Origin: Eledone cirrhosa
Taxonomy: Eukaryota
DNA: 64,000 bases
Assembly: GCA_964016885.1 (NCBI GenBank)
Contig: OZ024741.1
Coordinates: 40,610,001-40,674,000 of the forward strand
Direction of reading: 5' to 3'
A program made the position numbers and the translations under genes. Each line of letters starts with the position of its first letter. The first letter of the stretch is position 1. Of this stretch, positions 1 to 13,394 are shown piece by piece. The notes below the pieces were generated by a model that searched no databases, was not told the DNA's origin, and worked only from the letters and a program-made list of their open reading frames with translations.

Positions 1-3000
1 CATTGCTGTCACTGTTAGTGTAACTCTTACAGTTACTGTTTGCGTTACTGTCTGCATCAGCATTAGCATTTGCATAAGCGTCTATGTAAGCTTTTGTGTT
101 AGTGTCTATGTAGACTGGTGTTAGCATCTGCGTTAGTGTTTGCGTAAGTGTCAGCATCTATGTCAGCATTTGCGTCAGCGTCTGCATTGGTGATAGTGAT
201 TGTGTCAGCATTTCCCTTAGCGTCTGAGTCAACATTAGTGTTAGCATTAGTGTTTGTTTCAGTGCCTACGTCTACGTCAGCATTATCATTAGCGTCCGCG
301 TCAGCTCTTGTGTCAGTGTCAGTGTCAGCATTTGCATCAGCATGCACGAGTCAGTGTTAACATCAGCGTTTTCATTTGTGTAGGGGTTTGCATTTGCGTC
401 AGCATCTGCATCAGCATTCACATTAGCGACAGCGTTTCCTTTAACGTCTTTGTCAGCATTTCCGTTAGCGTCTGTGTCAGTGTTTCCGACCGCGTCTGCG
501 TCAGCGTCAGTATTTACATCAGCGTCAGCGTTTCAGTTAACGTCAGCGTTTGCGTTAGCATCTGTGTCAGCGTTTCCGTTAGCTTCTACGTCAGCGTTTC
601 CGTAACGACTACGTCAGCGTTTTCCGTTAGCATTGGCGTTTTCATCAACCTTTCCTGTGGCGTCCGCATCATTTTGCTGCGTCTGCATATCCCATGTAAG
701 CGTTAACTTCAGCATTTGCGTCAGCGTTAGCCCTAGCGTCCACATCAGCATTTGCTTTAGCGTCAGCATACACGTCAGCGCCGGCGTACTGCCTCAACAT
801 TTGCGTCAGCGTTAGCTTGGCTTTGGCTTCAGCAATCCGCATCAGCAATTGCGTTTTGGAGATCAGCTTCGGCGGTAAGGGTAAACGCTAATTTCTACGC
901 CTGCTTCTACGTAACAACTACGTCAGTGTTTTGTTAGCTTCTACGTCAGCGTTTACGTTAGCGTTTACGTTAGCTTCTACATCAGCATCTACATTAGCTT
1001 CTACATCAGCGCTTACATTAGTATTCTGTGTTTGTGTTAGCTCTGTCAGCATTTGTATTTACATCTACATCAGCGTCTGTGTCAGTGTTTACGTTAGCAT
1101 CTGTGTTAACGTGTGTTAGCGTCTGTGTCAGCATTTTCATTAGTGTTTGCATCAGTGTTTCCTTTAGCTTCTACGTCAATGTTTACGTCTGCGTTAAAGT
1201 TCACATTAGCATCACTGTCAGCATTTGCGTTTGCTTTAACATCTGCATCAACATTTGCGTCTGTGTTTGCATTAGTGTCTGCATTTGCTTTAGTGTTTGC
1301 ATCAGCATGAGCATTTGTGTCAGTGTCCATGTCAGCGTTAGAGTCTGTGTAGCATTTACATCAGCGTGTACGTCAGAGTCTTTGTCAGCATTCGCCTTTG
1401 CACCTGCATCAGTATTCACGTTAGTGTTTGTGTCAGCATAAGCGATTGTGTCAACATTTGCACTAGCGTTTGTGCCAGCATAGCCATCTTCGTCAGTGTC
1501 AGCTTTGGCGTTAGTGTTTCCATTAGTGTTCGTGTTTGATTTTGTATTAGTGTTAGCATTTTTGTTAGTGTTAGTGTTCAGGTTAATGTTGACTTAGTTT
1601 TCAGGTTAGGACTCGTGTTAGTGGTTTATGGTAGTGTTAGTGTTCAGTTTTAGTGTTAGTGTTTTATTTTGTGTTAATGTTTGTGTTTCCATTAGTCTTT
1701 GTTTTTCTGTTAATGTTAGTGTTTGTTTTAGTGTTGAGGTTAATGTTCGCTTAGTATTCTGGTTAGTATCAGTTTTAGTGTTAGTTTTTATGGTAGTGTT
1801 AGTGTTCAGATCAGTGTTAGTGTTTGTGTTACTGTTTATGGTAGTCTTAGTGCTAGTGTTTAGGTTAATGTTAGTTTTAGTGTAAGTGTTCATGTTAGTG
1901 TTAGTGTTAAGGTTAGTGTTTGTTTTTGTGTTAATATTTGTGTTAGTATCTCTGTTAGCATTAGTGTTTATGTTAGTGTTCAGGTTAATGTTAGCTTAGT
2001 TTTCAGGTTAGAGTTAGTGTTCAAGTTAATGTTAATGTTAATTTTAGTGTTAGTGTTGAGGTTAGTGTTAGAGATTGTGTTAGTGTTTGTTTTTGTGTTA
2101 ATATTTGTGTTAGTATCTCTGTTAGCATTAGTGATTGATGTTTCCATTAGTGTTAGTGATTGTGTTAGTGTTAGTCTTTGTTTTAATGTTAGCATTAGTA
2201 TTTCTGTTAGTGTTAGCATTAGTGTTTATGTTAGTGTTCAAGTTAATGTTAATTTTAATGTTAGTGTTGAGGTTAGTGTTAGAGATTGTGTTAGTGTTTG
2301 TTTTTGTGTTAATATTTGTGTTAGTATCTCTGTTAGCATTAGTGATTGATGTTTCCATTAGTGTTAGTGATTGTGTTAGCGTTAGTCTTTGTTTTAATGT
2401 TAGCATTAGTATTTCTGTTAGTGTTAGCATTAGTGTTTATGTTAGTGTTCAGGTTAATGTTAGCTTAGTTTTCAGGTTAGAGTTAGTGTTCAAGTTAATG
2501 TTAATTTTAGTGTTAGTGTTGAGGTTAGTGTTAGAGATTGTGTTAGTGTTTGTTTTTGTGTTAATATTTGTGTTAGTATCTCTGTTAGCATTAGTGATTG
2601 ATGTTTCCATTAGTGTTAGTGATTGTGTTAGCGTTAGTCTTTGTTTTAATGTTAGCATTAGTATTTCTGTTAGTGTTAGCATTAGTGTTTATGTTAGTGT
2701 TCAAGTTAATGTTAATTTTAATGTTAAGGTTAGTGTTAGAGATTGTGTTAGTGTTTGTTTTTGTGTTAATATTTGTGTTAGTATCTGTTAGCATTAGTGA
2801 TTGATGTTTCCATTAGTGTTAGTGATTGTGTTAGCGTTAGTCTTTGTTTTAATGTTAGCATTAGTGTTTATGTTAGTGTTCAGGTTAATGTTAGCTTAGT
2901 TTTCAGGTTAGAGTTAGTGTTCAAGTTAATGTTAATTTTAGTGTTAGTGTTGAGGTTAGTGTTAGAGATTGTGTTAGTGTTTGTTTTTGTGTTAATATTT

Positions 3001-3700
3001 CTGTTAGTATCTCTGTTAGCATTAATGTTTGATGTTTCCATTAGTGTTAGTGATTGTTTTTGTGTTAATGTTAGCGTTAATGTTAACATTAGTATTTCTG
3101 TTAGTGTTAGCATTAGTGTTTATGTTAATGTTAGCTTAGTTTTCAGGTTAGAGTTAGTGTTCAAGTTAATGTTAGTGTTGAGATTAGTGTTAGAGATTGT
3201 GTTAGTGTTTGTTTCTGTGTTAATATTTGTGTTAGTATCTCTGTTAGCGTTAGTGTTTGTTTTAGTGTTGAAGTTAATGTTAGCTTAGTTTTCTGGTTAG
3301 TATCAGTTTTCAGATTAGTGTTTGTGTTACTTTTAGTGTTAGTGTTTATGGTAGTGTTAGTTTTAGTGCTAGTGTTCAGGCTAATGTTTGTACTAATGTT
3401 AGTTTTAATGTAAGTGTTCAGGTTAGTGTTAGTGTTTGTATTAGTGTTTACGGTAGTGTTAGTTTTAGTGCTGGTGTTCAGGTCAGTGTTAGTGTCAGTT
3501 TTAGTGTTAGTGTTCAGGTTAGTGTTTGTGTTAGTTTTCTATTTAATGTTAGTTTTCAGATTTTGTGTTAGTGTTAGTTTTCATGTTAGCGTTAAGTTCA
3601 CTGTTAGAGCATGTGTGAGTGCAAGTGTTAGAGCATGTGTGAGTGCAAGTGTTAGGGTAAGTGTTATTTTTAAAGTTCGGTTTTAGCTTAAAGTTAGGTT
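1..3700. repeat. Degenerate hexamer low-complexity tract (TCAGCG/TTAGCG grading into TTAGTG), telomere-repeat-like; copy 1
   Basis: 6-nt periodicity, G/T-rich + strand, internal ~210-250 bp higher-order repeats (1980-3250). ORFs across it are V/S/L or T/N low-complexity artefacts. Confidence 0.9.
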
Positions 3701-4019
3701 TTCTACTTTCCAGGAAAAAAGTTGATCCTCTCTAACTTGAGTGGTGTGATATAGCGTGGTAAAGTATAGTGTTTCATAGTCTTCTGTGGTGTTGTCTATT
3801 GTTGTATAGTGTAGTATGGTATATTGTTTCATAGCATGGTCTGATGTGAGGTCGTACAGTGTTTCGTAGTGTGGTGTTGGATAATGTGGTATGGTATAAT
3901 GTTTGTCAGTATGGTGTGGTATGGTCTAGGTTGATGTAGTGTGGCTTAGTTTGATTATAATAATACAAATAATAATAACAATAATAATAGTAATAATAAT
4001 TGTTCTTGTTCATTTTCTT

Positions 4020-4220
4020 TGTCTTCTTCTGTGCCTTTGACTGCTTCTGTGCCTTTGACTGCTTCTGTGCCTTTGACTGCTTCTGTGCCTTTGACTGCTT
4101 CTGTGCCTTTGACTTCTTCTGTGCCTTTGACTTCTTCTGTGCCTTTGACGTCTTCTGTGCCTTTGACTTCTTCTGTGCCTTTGACTTCTTCTGTGCCTTT
4201 GACTTCTTCTGTGCCTTTAT
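4020..4220. repeat. 18-bp minisatellite (CTTCTGTGCCTTTGACTT/G), ~11 units
   Basis: Direct tandem repeats; gives KAQKKS / GTEEVK repeat ORFs on the minus strand. Confidence 0.95.
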
Positions 4221-5354
4221 CTTCTCCTCTGCCATCTAAATACCAAAAACAAAGAATGTAAAACATATATGTTGCCTGTCTCTCAGACTTTACAAAATGC
4301 TGAGGAGATAAAATTAATTTAAAGAGCAGTGTGCTCATTCACTGTGATCCTATAATGTAGCTTATAAGCTATTTCATAACTAAAAAACAATGTCAAACAT
4401 CAACAAAAGTATATACAAATATCTTTGAATGTTTAAGTTAAACCTAAATAGATCGTATCTACAGGTCATTAGGTTAAGACTGAACTAAGATCATATCTAT
4501 AAATCATTAGGTTTAGACTGAACTGAGATCATACTTTCTTCTTTTCGTCATCTTCGTTTCCCGTGTTTTTGTCTTTGTTGTCATCTTCATTTTAGTCGTC
4601 TGCTTCGTCGTCTTTTTCTTCTTTTCCATCTAAATATAAAAAAAAATTGTAAACAAATATATAGCTGATCTCTCAGACTTTCACGAAACACTGAGGAGAT
4701 ACAGTTAATATAACGAGTGGGGAGCTCATATATATATATATATATATATGGTATAGCATGGTGTTATGTGGTCTGGTGTGGTACAACATGGTGTGATGTG
4801 GTGTGGTATGATATGGTGAGGCGGGGGGGGGGGGGGCGACGACACAACATTAGATTAATGTTAACAATACACATGTAGCATCCACATGTGATGAGATGGG
4901 GGAAACAGTGTTTAACTAATTTTAACATTACATGTAGCATCCATCTACAGGTGATTAAGTTAAGACTGAGGTGTAATCATATGAAAAGGTCAATTTAAAA
5001 TTACACTGAGATTCTGCTTAAAATGATGGTCAATGAAGTGTTTACTTACTCAGATCCTTTGAAATAACTTTCTTTCTCTTACTGTAACTGGACATACCTA
5101 CGAAATAGAAAACAGTCGAAGAGACAGTGGTGTGGTGTAGTGTGGTGTGGTTTAGTGTAGTGGACAGTGGTGTGGTGTAGTGGAGTGTGGTTCAATGTCG
5201 GGTGGGGGATATGGTGTAGTGGAGTGTGGTGGCATGTGATGTGGCGTGGTGAAATGTGATGTGATGTGATGTGATGAAATGTGGCGTGGTGAAATGTGAT
5301 GTGATGAAATGAGACGAGACGTGGTGTGATGTGATGGCATGCGAAGTGATGTGA

Positions 5355-6295
5355 AATTTTTTCATCCTATTTTTCATGTGCTATCAACTAATCCAATCTC
5401 CAAGATGCTTGAAACTGACTTTTTTTCCCCCCAGGAAAACGACGGGGTGAGGTGGTTCCCCCTTCACCCGGATAACCCCTGCTTACTCGGAATTTTCTCT
5501 TTGATTCTATTTTCATGCGTTATCAGTGAATATGACTTCCAAACCAGTCAAAAACAACTAGCTTTGGAGAAAGAGGAGAGAGAGAGGAGAAGAGTTTTGC
5601 AGATCTACACCCCACTCACATGTTGTGGGACTTTATCATTTTCGGTATATTTCCTTTGCTATTTCCTGTGCTATTTCCTATGTTATTTCCTGTGCTATTA
5701 ACTAATCTGACCTCCTAGATGCTTCCAATCAACTTATTTCCTTGGGTTAGGTTTAGGGTTTAGTTTTAGGTTTGGGGTAAAGTTTAGGGTTTAGTTTTAG
5801 GGTTGGGGTAATGTTTAGGGTTTAGTTTTATGGTTGGAGTATAGTTTAGGGTTTAGTTTAAGGTTTGGGGTAATGTTTATATTTAGATTTAGCTTGGTTT
5901 GGTTTAGGGTTGGGGTTAGATTTAATTTTATGTTTAATTTAGTTTTAGTTTCCAAATCGCAGGAAAAAAAAATTGATTCAGAGCAACTAAAAGGTCATAT
6001 TAGTTGATAGCACTCAAAAGGAGACCGAAGAAAAATCATTAGGGTATATATCTACAAAACGACAATGGTTTTTCCACCCGCTTTACCCCTCCTTTTTTCT
6101 AGAACAACTAATCATTTCCAACTGGTTTGGAGGTCATATTCGTTGATAACAGACGAAAAATCTTAGAGAAAACTCTGGGGTTAAATGAGAGAAGTGCATC
6201 CACCTAAGTTTTCCATGAAGAGAGAGTCAATAACAAACATCTTGGAGATCAGATTAGTTGATAACACATGAAAAAAAGATCAGGAAAAAATTTTG
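5355..6295. mobile_element. Foldback/MITE-like element: three nested inverted sub-repeats around a TTAGGG/TTTAGGG-like core
   Basis: gtgctatcaactaatcc (~5378) pairs with gattagttgataacac (~6250). gaatatgacttccaaaccag (~5528) pairs with ctggtttggaggtcatattc (~6122). gtgctattaactaatctgacct (~5692) pairs with aggtcatattagttgatagcac (~5992). Core at 5745-5920. Confidence 0.65.
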
Positions 6296-6873
6296 GGTGT
6301 TATGTGGTATGGAGTAGTGTGGGTGATTAATGTGCTGTGGTGTGTTTTGTTATAAGTGAGAATTTAAATTTCCACTTTGATTTATGTTAGAAAAAAAATT
6401 TTTCTTTCATTTTTGCCTGTGTTATCAACCTCCAAGAAGCTCGCAGTGGACTATGCTTTTAGCATATTAACAAAAAATATGACTTCCGCTGCAATAAAAA
6501 AGGACTAGCTTTGTAAATGGTATTTCCACCTACATCCTCCCTCTTTTCTCTACAAAGCTAGTCATTTTCAACAGTTTTCCATGTCATAATTATTGATAAT
6601 ATGTGCAAAAAATAGTCAATTTCAGCACCTTTGATGTCAGATTGGGTGGTAAGAACAGGCAAAAAAAAAAAAAAAAAAAACAGGAAGAAAATTTTTCACA
6701 CTGAGATCAAAAGCATGGTGTGATGTAGAATGGTGTAGTTTGTTGTGGTGTGGTTTGGATTGTTGTAGTTATGACATGGGAACCTATTGCAAATGATAGG
6801 TTTCCATGTTATATGCATTGATAATGTGTAAAAAAATAGTCATTTGTCAGCACCTTTGATATCAGACTGGGTG

Positions 6874-6915
<42 letters not shown>

Positions 6916-7266
6916 AGAAAAATGTTCTCACTGAGATTAATAGCATGGTGTGATGTAGAATGGTGTAGTTTGTTGTGGTGTGGTTTGGATTGTTGTAGTT
7001 ATGACATGGGAACCTATTGCAAATGATAGGTTTCCATGTTATATACATTGATAATGTGTAAAAAAAATAGTCATTTGTCAGCACCTTTGATATCAGATTG
7101 GGTGGTAAGCACACGCACACACAGAAAAAAAAAAAACAAGAAGAAAAATGTTCTCACTGAGATTAATAGCATGGTGTGATGTAGTATGGTGTAGTTTGGT
7201 ATGGTGTAGTTTGATGTAGTTTGGTTTTCCAACCTCCAACATGCTCACAGCCGACTATGCTTTTAC

Positions 7267-7602
7267 CATCATCATCATCATTTTACGTCCACTTTTCCAT
7301 GCTTGCAAGGGTGGGACGGGAACTGATTCTGGCTTGATTTCTACAGCTGGATGCTCTTCCTAACACCAACCTCATTTACAGTGAGTGCTGGGTGGTCTTT
7401 GCCGTGGCACCCACACGACCACTTTGCAGTGGAATGATAGGGACACCAGTCCCTATCATCTCATTTCTACAGCTGAGTAAACTGGAGCAATGTGAAATAA
7501 AGTGTCTTGTTCAAGGAAACAACACACCAACTGGTCTGAGAATTGAACTCATAACCTTTAGATTGCAAAGCCAATGCTCTAACCACTAAGCCATGTGCCT
7601 CC
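7267..7602 (-). mobile_element. tRNA-derived SINE with RTE-like 3' tail
   Basis: Minus-strand head GGAGGCACATGGCTTAGTGGTTAGAGC (A box) and GAGTTCAATT (B box); (GAT)n tail; 3' part shared with the RTE LINE 3' UTR at 46780-46935; TTACCAT flanks both sides. Confidence 0.88.
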
Positions 7603-9025
7603 ATTACCATATTAACAACAAATATGACTTTCACTGCAATCAAAAATGACAAGCTTTGTGAATGGTATTTCCACCCACTTTCCGCCCTCTTTTTTCTACA
7701 AAGCTAGTCATTTTCAATAGGTTTCCATGTCATAACCATTGATAATATGTGCATAAAATAGTAATCTGCGAGCACCATTTATGTCAAATTGGATTGTAAG
7801 CACAAAAAAAAAAAGAAAGAAAAAAAAAAAAATGCCAAATGAAAATTTGTCACACCAAAATCAATAGCTTGGTGTGATGTAGTATGGTGTGGTGAAGTTT
7901 CTACAAAGATAGTCATTTTCGACAGGTTTCCATGTCATAATTACTGATAAGTGGAAAAAAAAATAGTCAATTGGGAGCACCTTTAATGTCAGATTGGGTG
8001 GTAAGCACACACAAAAAAAAAAAAAAAAAACGGGAAAAAAATGTTTCACACCAAGATCAATAGCTTGGTGCCATGTAGTATTGTGTAACTTGGTATGGTG
8101 TGGTTTGGTTTGGTTTGGTTTGGTGAAGTTATGAAATGGAAACCAATTCTAAACGATAGATTCCCATGTCATATTCATTGATAATGTGGGAAAATAGTCA
8201 TTTGCAAGCACCTTTGATGTTAGTTTGGGTGGTAAGCACAAAAAAAAAAAAAAATTTACCATAATATGGTGCTGTTTGATATGGTGTGGTTTGATGTAGA
8301 TTAATGTGGTGTGCTTTGTTATAAGTAAGGAATTAAATTTCCACTTTGATTTATGTAAGAAAAAAACTTTTTCCTTCACTTTTGCATGTGCTATCAACTA
8401 ATACAACTTCCAAGATGCTCGCAGTGGACTATGCTTTTTGTATATTAACAAAAAAAATATGACTTCCGCTGCAATAAAAAAATGACTAGCTTTGTAAATG
8501 GTATTTCCACCCACATCCTCCCTCTTTTTTCTACAAAGCTAGTCATTTTTGACAGTTTTCCATGTCATAATTATTGATAATATGTGCGAAAAATAGTCAA
8601 TTGCAGCACCTTTGATGTCAGATTGGGTGGTCAGAACACACACAAAAAAAAAAAAAAGAAACAGGAAGAAAATTTTTCACACTGAGATCAAAAGCATGGT
8701 GTGATGTAGAATGGTGTAGTTTGTTGTGGTGTGGTTTGGATTGTTGTAGTTATGACATGGGAACCTATTGCAAATGATAGGTTTCCATGTTATATACATT
8801 GATAATGTGTAAAAAAAATAGTCATTTGTCAGCACCTTTGATATCAGATTGGGTGGTAAGCACACGCACACACAGAAAAAAAAAAACAAGAAGAAAAATG
8901 TTCTCACTGAGATTAATAGCATGCTGTGATGTAGTATGGTGTAGTTTGGTAGGTGTAGTTGGATGTAGTTTAATGTGATATGGTTTTTCAACCTCCAACA
9001 TGCTCACAGCCGACTATGCTTTTAC

Positions 9026-9355
9026 CATCATCATTTTACGTCCACTTTTCCCTGCTTGCAAGGGTGGGACGGGAACTGATTCTGGCTTGATTTCTACAGC
9101 TGGATGCCCTTCCTAACACCAACCTCATTTAGAGTGAGTGCTGGGTGGTCTTTGCCGTGGCACCCACACGACCACTTTGCAGTGGAATGATAGGGACACC
9201 AGTCCCTATCATCTCATTTCTACAGCTGAGTAAACTGGAGCAATGTGAAATAACGTGTCTTGCTCAAGGAAACAACACACCAACTGGTCTGAGAATTGAA
9301 CTCACAACCTTTAGATTGCAAAGCCAATGCTCTAACCACTAAGCCATGTGCCTCC
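9026..9355 (-). mobile_element. Same SINE, array unit 2
   Basis: Near-identical to 7267-7602. Confidence 0.88.
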
Positions 9356-10780
9356 ATTACCATATTAACAACAAATATGACTTTCACTGCAATCAAAAAT
9401 GACAAGCTTTGTGAATGGTATTTCCACCCACTTTCCGCCCTCATTTTTCTACAAAGCTAGTCATTTTCAATAGGTTTCCATGTCATAACCATTGATAATA
9501 TGTGCATAAAATAGTAATCTGCGAGCACCATTTATGTCAAATTGGATTGTAAGCACAAAAAAAAAAAAAAAAAAAAAGAGAGAAAAAAATGCCAAATGAA
9601 AATTTGTCACACCAAAATCAATAGCTTGGTGTGATGTAGTATGGTGTGGTGAAGTTTCTACAAAGATAGTCATTTTCGACAGGTTTCCATGTCATAATTA
9701 CTGATAAGTGGAAAAAAAAAATAGTCAATTGGGAGCACCTTTAATGTCAGATTGGGTGGTAAGCACACACAAAAAAAAACAAAAAAAAACGGGAAAAAAA
9801 TGTTTCACACCAAGATCAATAGCTTGGTGCCATGTAGTATTGTGTAACTTGGTATGGTGTGGTTTGGTTTGGTTTGGTGAAGTTATGAAATGGAAACCAA
9901 TTCTAAACGATAGATTCCCATGTCATATTCATTGATAATGTGGGAAAATAGTCATTTGCAAGCACCTTTGATGTGAGTTTGGGTGGTAAGCACAAAAAAA
10001 AAAAAAAATTTACCATAATATGGTGCTGTTTGATATGGTGTGGTTTGATGTAGATTAATGTGGTGTGCTTTGTTATAAGTAAGGAATTAAATTTCCACTT
10101 TGATTTATGTAAGAAAAAAACTTTTTCCTTCACTTTTGCATGTGCTATCAACTAATACAACTTCCAAGATGCTCGCAGTGGACTATGCTTTTAGCATATT
10201 AACAAAAAAAATATGACTTCCGCTGCAATAAAAAAATGACTAGCTTTGTAAATGGTATTTCCACCCACATCCTCCCTCTTTTTTCTACAAAGCTAGTCAT
10301 TTTTGACAGTTTTCCATGTCATAATTATTGATAATATGTGCGAAAAATAGTCAATTGCAGCACCTTTGATGTCAGATTGGGTGGTCAGAACACACAAAAA
10401 AAAAAAAAAAAGAAACAGGAAGAAAATTTTTCACACTGAGATCAAAAGCATGGTGTGATGTAGAATGGTGTAGTTTGTTGTGGTGTGGTTTGGATTGTTG
10501 TAGTTATGACATGGGAACCTATTGCAAATGATAGGTTTCCATGTTATATACATTGATAATGTGTAAAAAAAATAGTCATTTGTCAGCACCTTTGATATCA
10601 GATTGGGTGGTAAGCACACGCACACACAGAAAAAAAAAAACAAGAAGAAAAATGTTCTCACTGAGATTAATAGCATGGTGTGATGTAGTATGGTGTAGTT
10701 TGGTATGGTGTAGTTGGATGTAGTTTAATGTGATATGGTTTTCCAACCTCCAACATGCTCACAGCCGACTATGCTTTTAC

Positions 10781-11119
10781 CATCATCATCATCATCATTT
10801 TACGTCCACTTTTCCCTGCTTGCAAGGGTGGGACGGGAACTGATTCTGGCTTGATTTCTACAGCTGGATGCCCTTCCTAACACCAACCTCATTTAGAGTG
10901 AGTGCTGGGTGGTCTTTGCCGTGGCACCCACACGACCACTTTGCAGTGGAATGATAGGGACACCAGTCCCTATCATCTCATTTCTACAGCTGAGTAAACT
11001 GGAGCAATGTGAAATAACGTGTCTTGCTCAAGGAAACAACACACCAACTGGTCTGAGAATTGAACTCACAACCTTTAGATTGCAAAGCCAATGCTCTAAC
11101 CACTAAGCCATGTGCCTCC
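10781..11119 (-). mobile_element. Same SINE, array unit 3
   Basis: Near-identical to 7267-7602. Confidence 0.88.
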
Positions 11120-12519
11120 ATTACCATATTAACAACAAATATGACTTTCACTGCAATCAAAAATGACAAGCTTTGTGAATGGTATTTCCACCCACTTTCC
11201 GCCCTCATTTTTCTACAAAGCTAGTCATTTTCAATAGGTTTCCATGTCATAACCATTGATAATATGTGCATAAAATAGTAATCTGCGAGCACCATTTATG
11301 TCAAATTGGATTGTAAGCACAAAAAAAAAAAAAATGTCAAATGAAAATTTGTCACACCAAAATCAATAGCTTGGTGTGATGTAGTATGGTGTGGTGAAGT
11401 TTCTACAAAGATAGTCATTTTCGACAGGTTTCCATGTCATAATTACTGATAAGTGGAAAAAAAAATAGTCAATTGGGAGCACCTTTAATGTCAGATTGGG
11501 TGGTAAGCACACACAAAAAAAAACAAAAAAAAACGGGAAAAAAATGTTTCACACCAAGATCAATAGCTTGGTGCCATGTAGTATTGTGTAACTTGGTATG
11601 GTGTGGTTTGGTTTGGTGAAGTTATGAAATGGAAACCAATTCTAAACGATAGATTCCCATGTCATATTCATTGATAATGTGGGAAAATAGTCATTTGCAA
11701 GCACCTTTGATGTTAGTTTGGGTGGTAAGCACAAAAAAAAAAAAAATTTACCATAATATGGTGCTGTTTGATATGGTGTGGTTTGATGTAGATTAATGTG
11801 GTGTGCTTTGTTATAAGTAAGGAATTAAATTTCCACTTTGATTTATGTAAGAAAAAAACTTTTTCCTTCACTTTTGCATGTGCTATCAACTAATACAACT
11901 TCCAAGATGCTCGCAGTGGACTATGCTTTTAGCATATTAACAAAAAAAATATGACTTCCGCTGCAATAAAAAAATGACTAGCTTTGTAAATGGTATTTCC
12001 ACCCACATCCTCCCTCTTTTTTCTACAAAGCTAGTCATTTTCGACAGTTTTCCATGTCATAATTATTGATAATATGTGCGAAAAATAGTCAATTGCAGCA
12101 CCTTTGATGTCAGATTGGGTGGTCAGAACACACACAAAAAAAAAAAAAGAAACAGGAAGAAAATTTTTCACACTGAGATCAAAAGCATGGTGTGATGTAG
12201 AATGGTGTAGTTTGTTGTGGTGTGGTTTGGATTGTTGTAGTTATGACATGGGAACCTATTGCAAATGATAGGTTTCCATGTTATATACATTGATAATGTG
12301 TAAAAAAAATAGTCATTTGTCAGCACCTTTGATATCAGATTGGGTGGTAAGCACACGCACACACAGAAAAAAAAAAAAACAAGAAGAAAAATGTTCTCAC
12401 TGAGATTAATAGCATGGTGTGATGTAGTATGGTGTAGTTTGGTATGGTGTATTTGGATGTAGTTTAATGTGATATGGTTTTCCAACCTCCAACATGCTCA
12501 CAGCCGACTATGCTTTTAC

Positions 12520-12858
12520 CATCATCATCATCATCATTTTACGTCCACTTTTCCCTGCTTGCAAGGGTGGGACGGGAACTGATTCTGGCTTGATTTCTAC
12601 AGCTGGATGCCCTTCCTAACACCAACCTCATTTAGAGTGAGTGCTGGGTGGTCTTTGCCGTGGCACCCACACAACAACTTTGCAGTGGAATGATCGGGAC
12701 ACCAGTCCCTATCATCTCATTTCTACAGCTGAGTAAACTGGAGCAATGTGAAATAACGTGTCCTGCTCAAGGAAACAACACACCAACTGGTCTGAGAATT
12801 GAACTCACAACCTTTCGATTGCAAGGCCAATGCTCTAACCACTAAGCCATGTGCCTCC
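12520..12858 (-). mobile_element. Same SINE, array unit 4
   Basis: Near-identical to 7267-7602. Confidence 0.88.
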
Positions 12859-13394
12859 ATTACCATATTAACAACATATGACTTTCACTGCAATGAAAAA
12901 TGACAAGCTTTGTGAATGGTATTTCCACCCACTTTCCGCCCTCTTTTTTCTACAAAGCTAGTCATTTTCAATATGTTTCACAGTCTTCATTGATAATATG
13001 TGCAAAAAATAGTTAATTGCAAACACTTTTAATGTCAGATTGGGTGGTAAGCACACACACAAAAAAAGACAAAAAAAGCAGGAAGAAAATTTTTCACACT
13101 GAGTTCAATAGCATGGTGTGATGTAGTATGGTGTAGTTTGTTATGGTGTGGTTTGGTTTGGTGTGGTTTGGTATGGTTTAGTTTGGTGTAGTTATAACAT
13201 GGAAACCTATCATAAATTTACCAAGGTATGGTATAATCTGGTTTGGTGTAGTGTAGGTTAGTGTGGTGTGGTGTATTATTGTGTTGCATCGTATAGCGTG
13301 ATTCTCTTTAAATTAAAATCATTAAAATGTAATGTCTATCTTCTATATCTTAAAGAGTGACCTTAAATGTGATTGCAAATGACTTTTTTCTCTG

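Larger units (their letters stand above)
1..6295. repeat. Segmental duplication, copy 1 (open at left window edge)
   Basis: Position 1 'cattgctgtcactg' recurs at 13479 (offset 13478). Colinear near-identity runs to ~6295 / ~20105, with differences mostly in repeat-unit number. Confidence 0.93.
6330..13200. repeat. Tandem array of four ~1.75-kb units built of ~200-bp sub-repeats, each unit carrying one SINE
   Basis: Equivalent points at 7392, 9145, 10909 and 12648 (periods 1753/1764/1739). Sub-repeat core 'gcacctttgatgtcagattgggtggtaagcac'. Confidence 0.93.

Noticed and set aside
99-3686. Many long ORFs rich in V/S/L or T/N/A/D (also 13350-17306)
   Set aside because: By-products of a 6-nt periodic repeat; open in several frames on both strands, with frame-breaking unit lengths (e.g. 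211 bp).
4020-4220. Possible CRISPR array (also 40995-41200)
   Set aside because: Contiguous units with no unique spacers, no cas genes, eukaryotic context.
3906-4235. KAQKKS-repeat ORF resembling a histone H1 or protamine-like protein
   Set aside because: The 18-bp minisatellite is open in several frames, the ATG directly follows a splice-acceptor-like site, and there is no globular domain. Kept only as an exon candidate.
5745-5920. True telomere or chromosome fusion site
   Set aside because: Degenerate, short, one orientation only, and internal to a foldback element.
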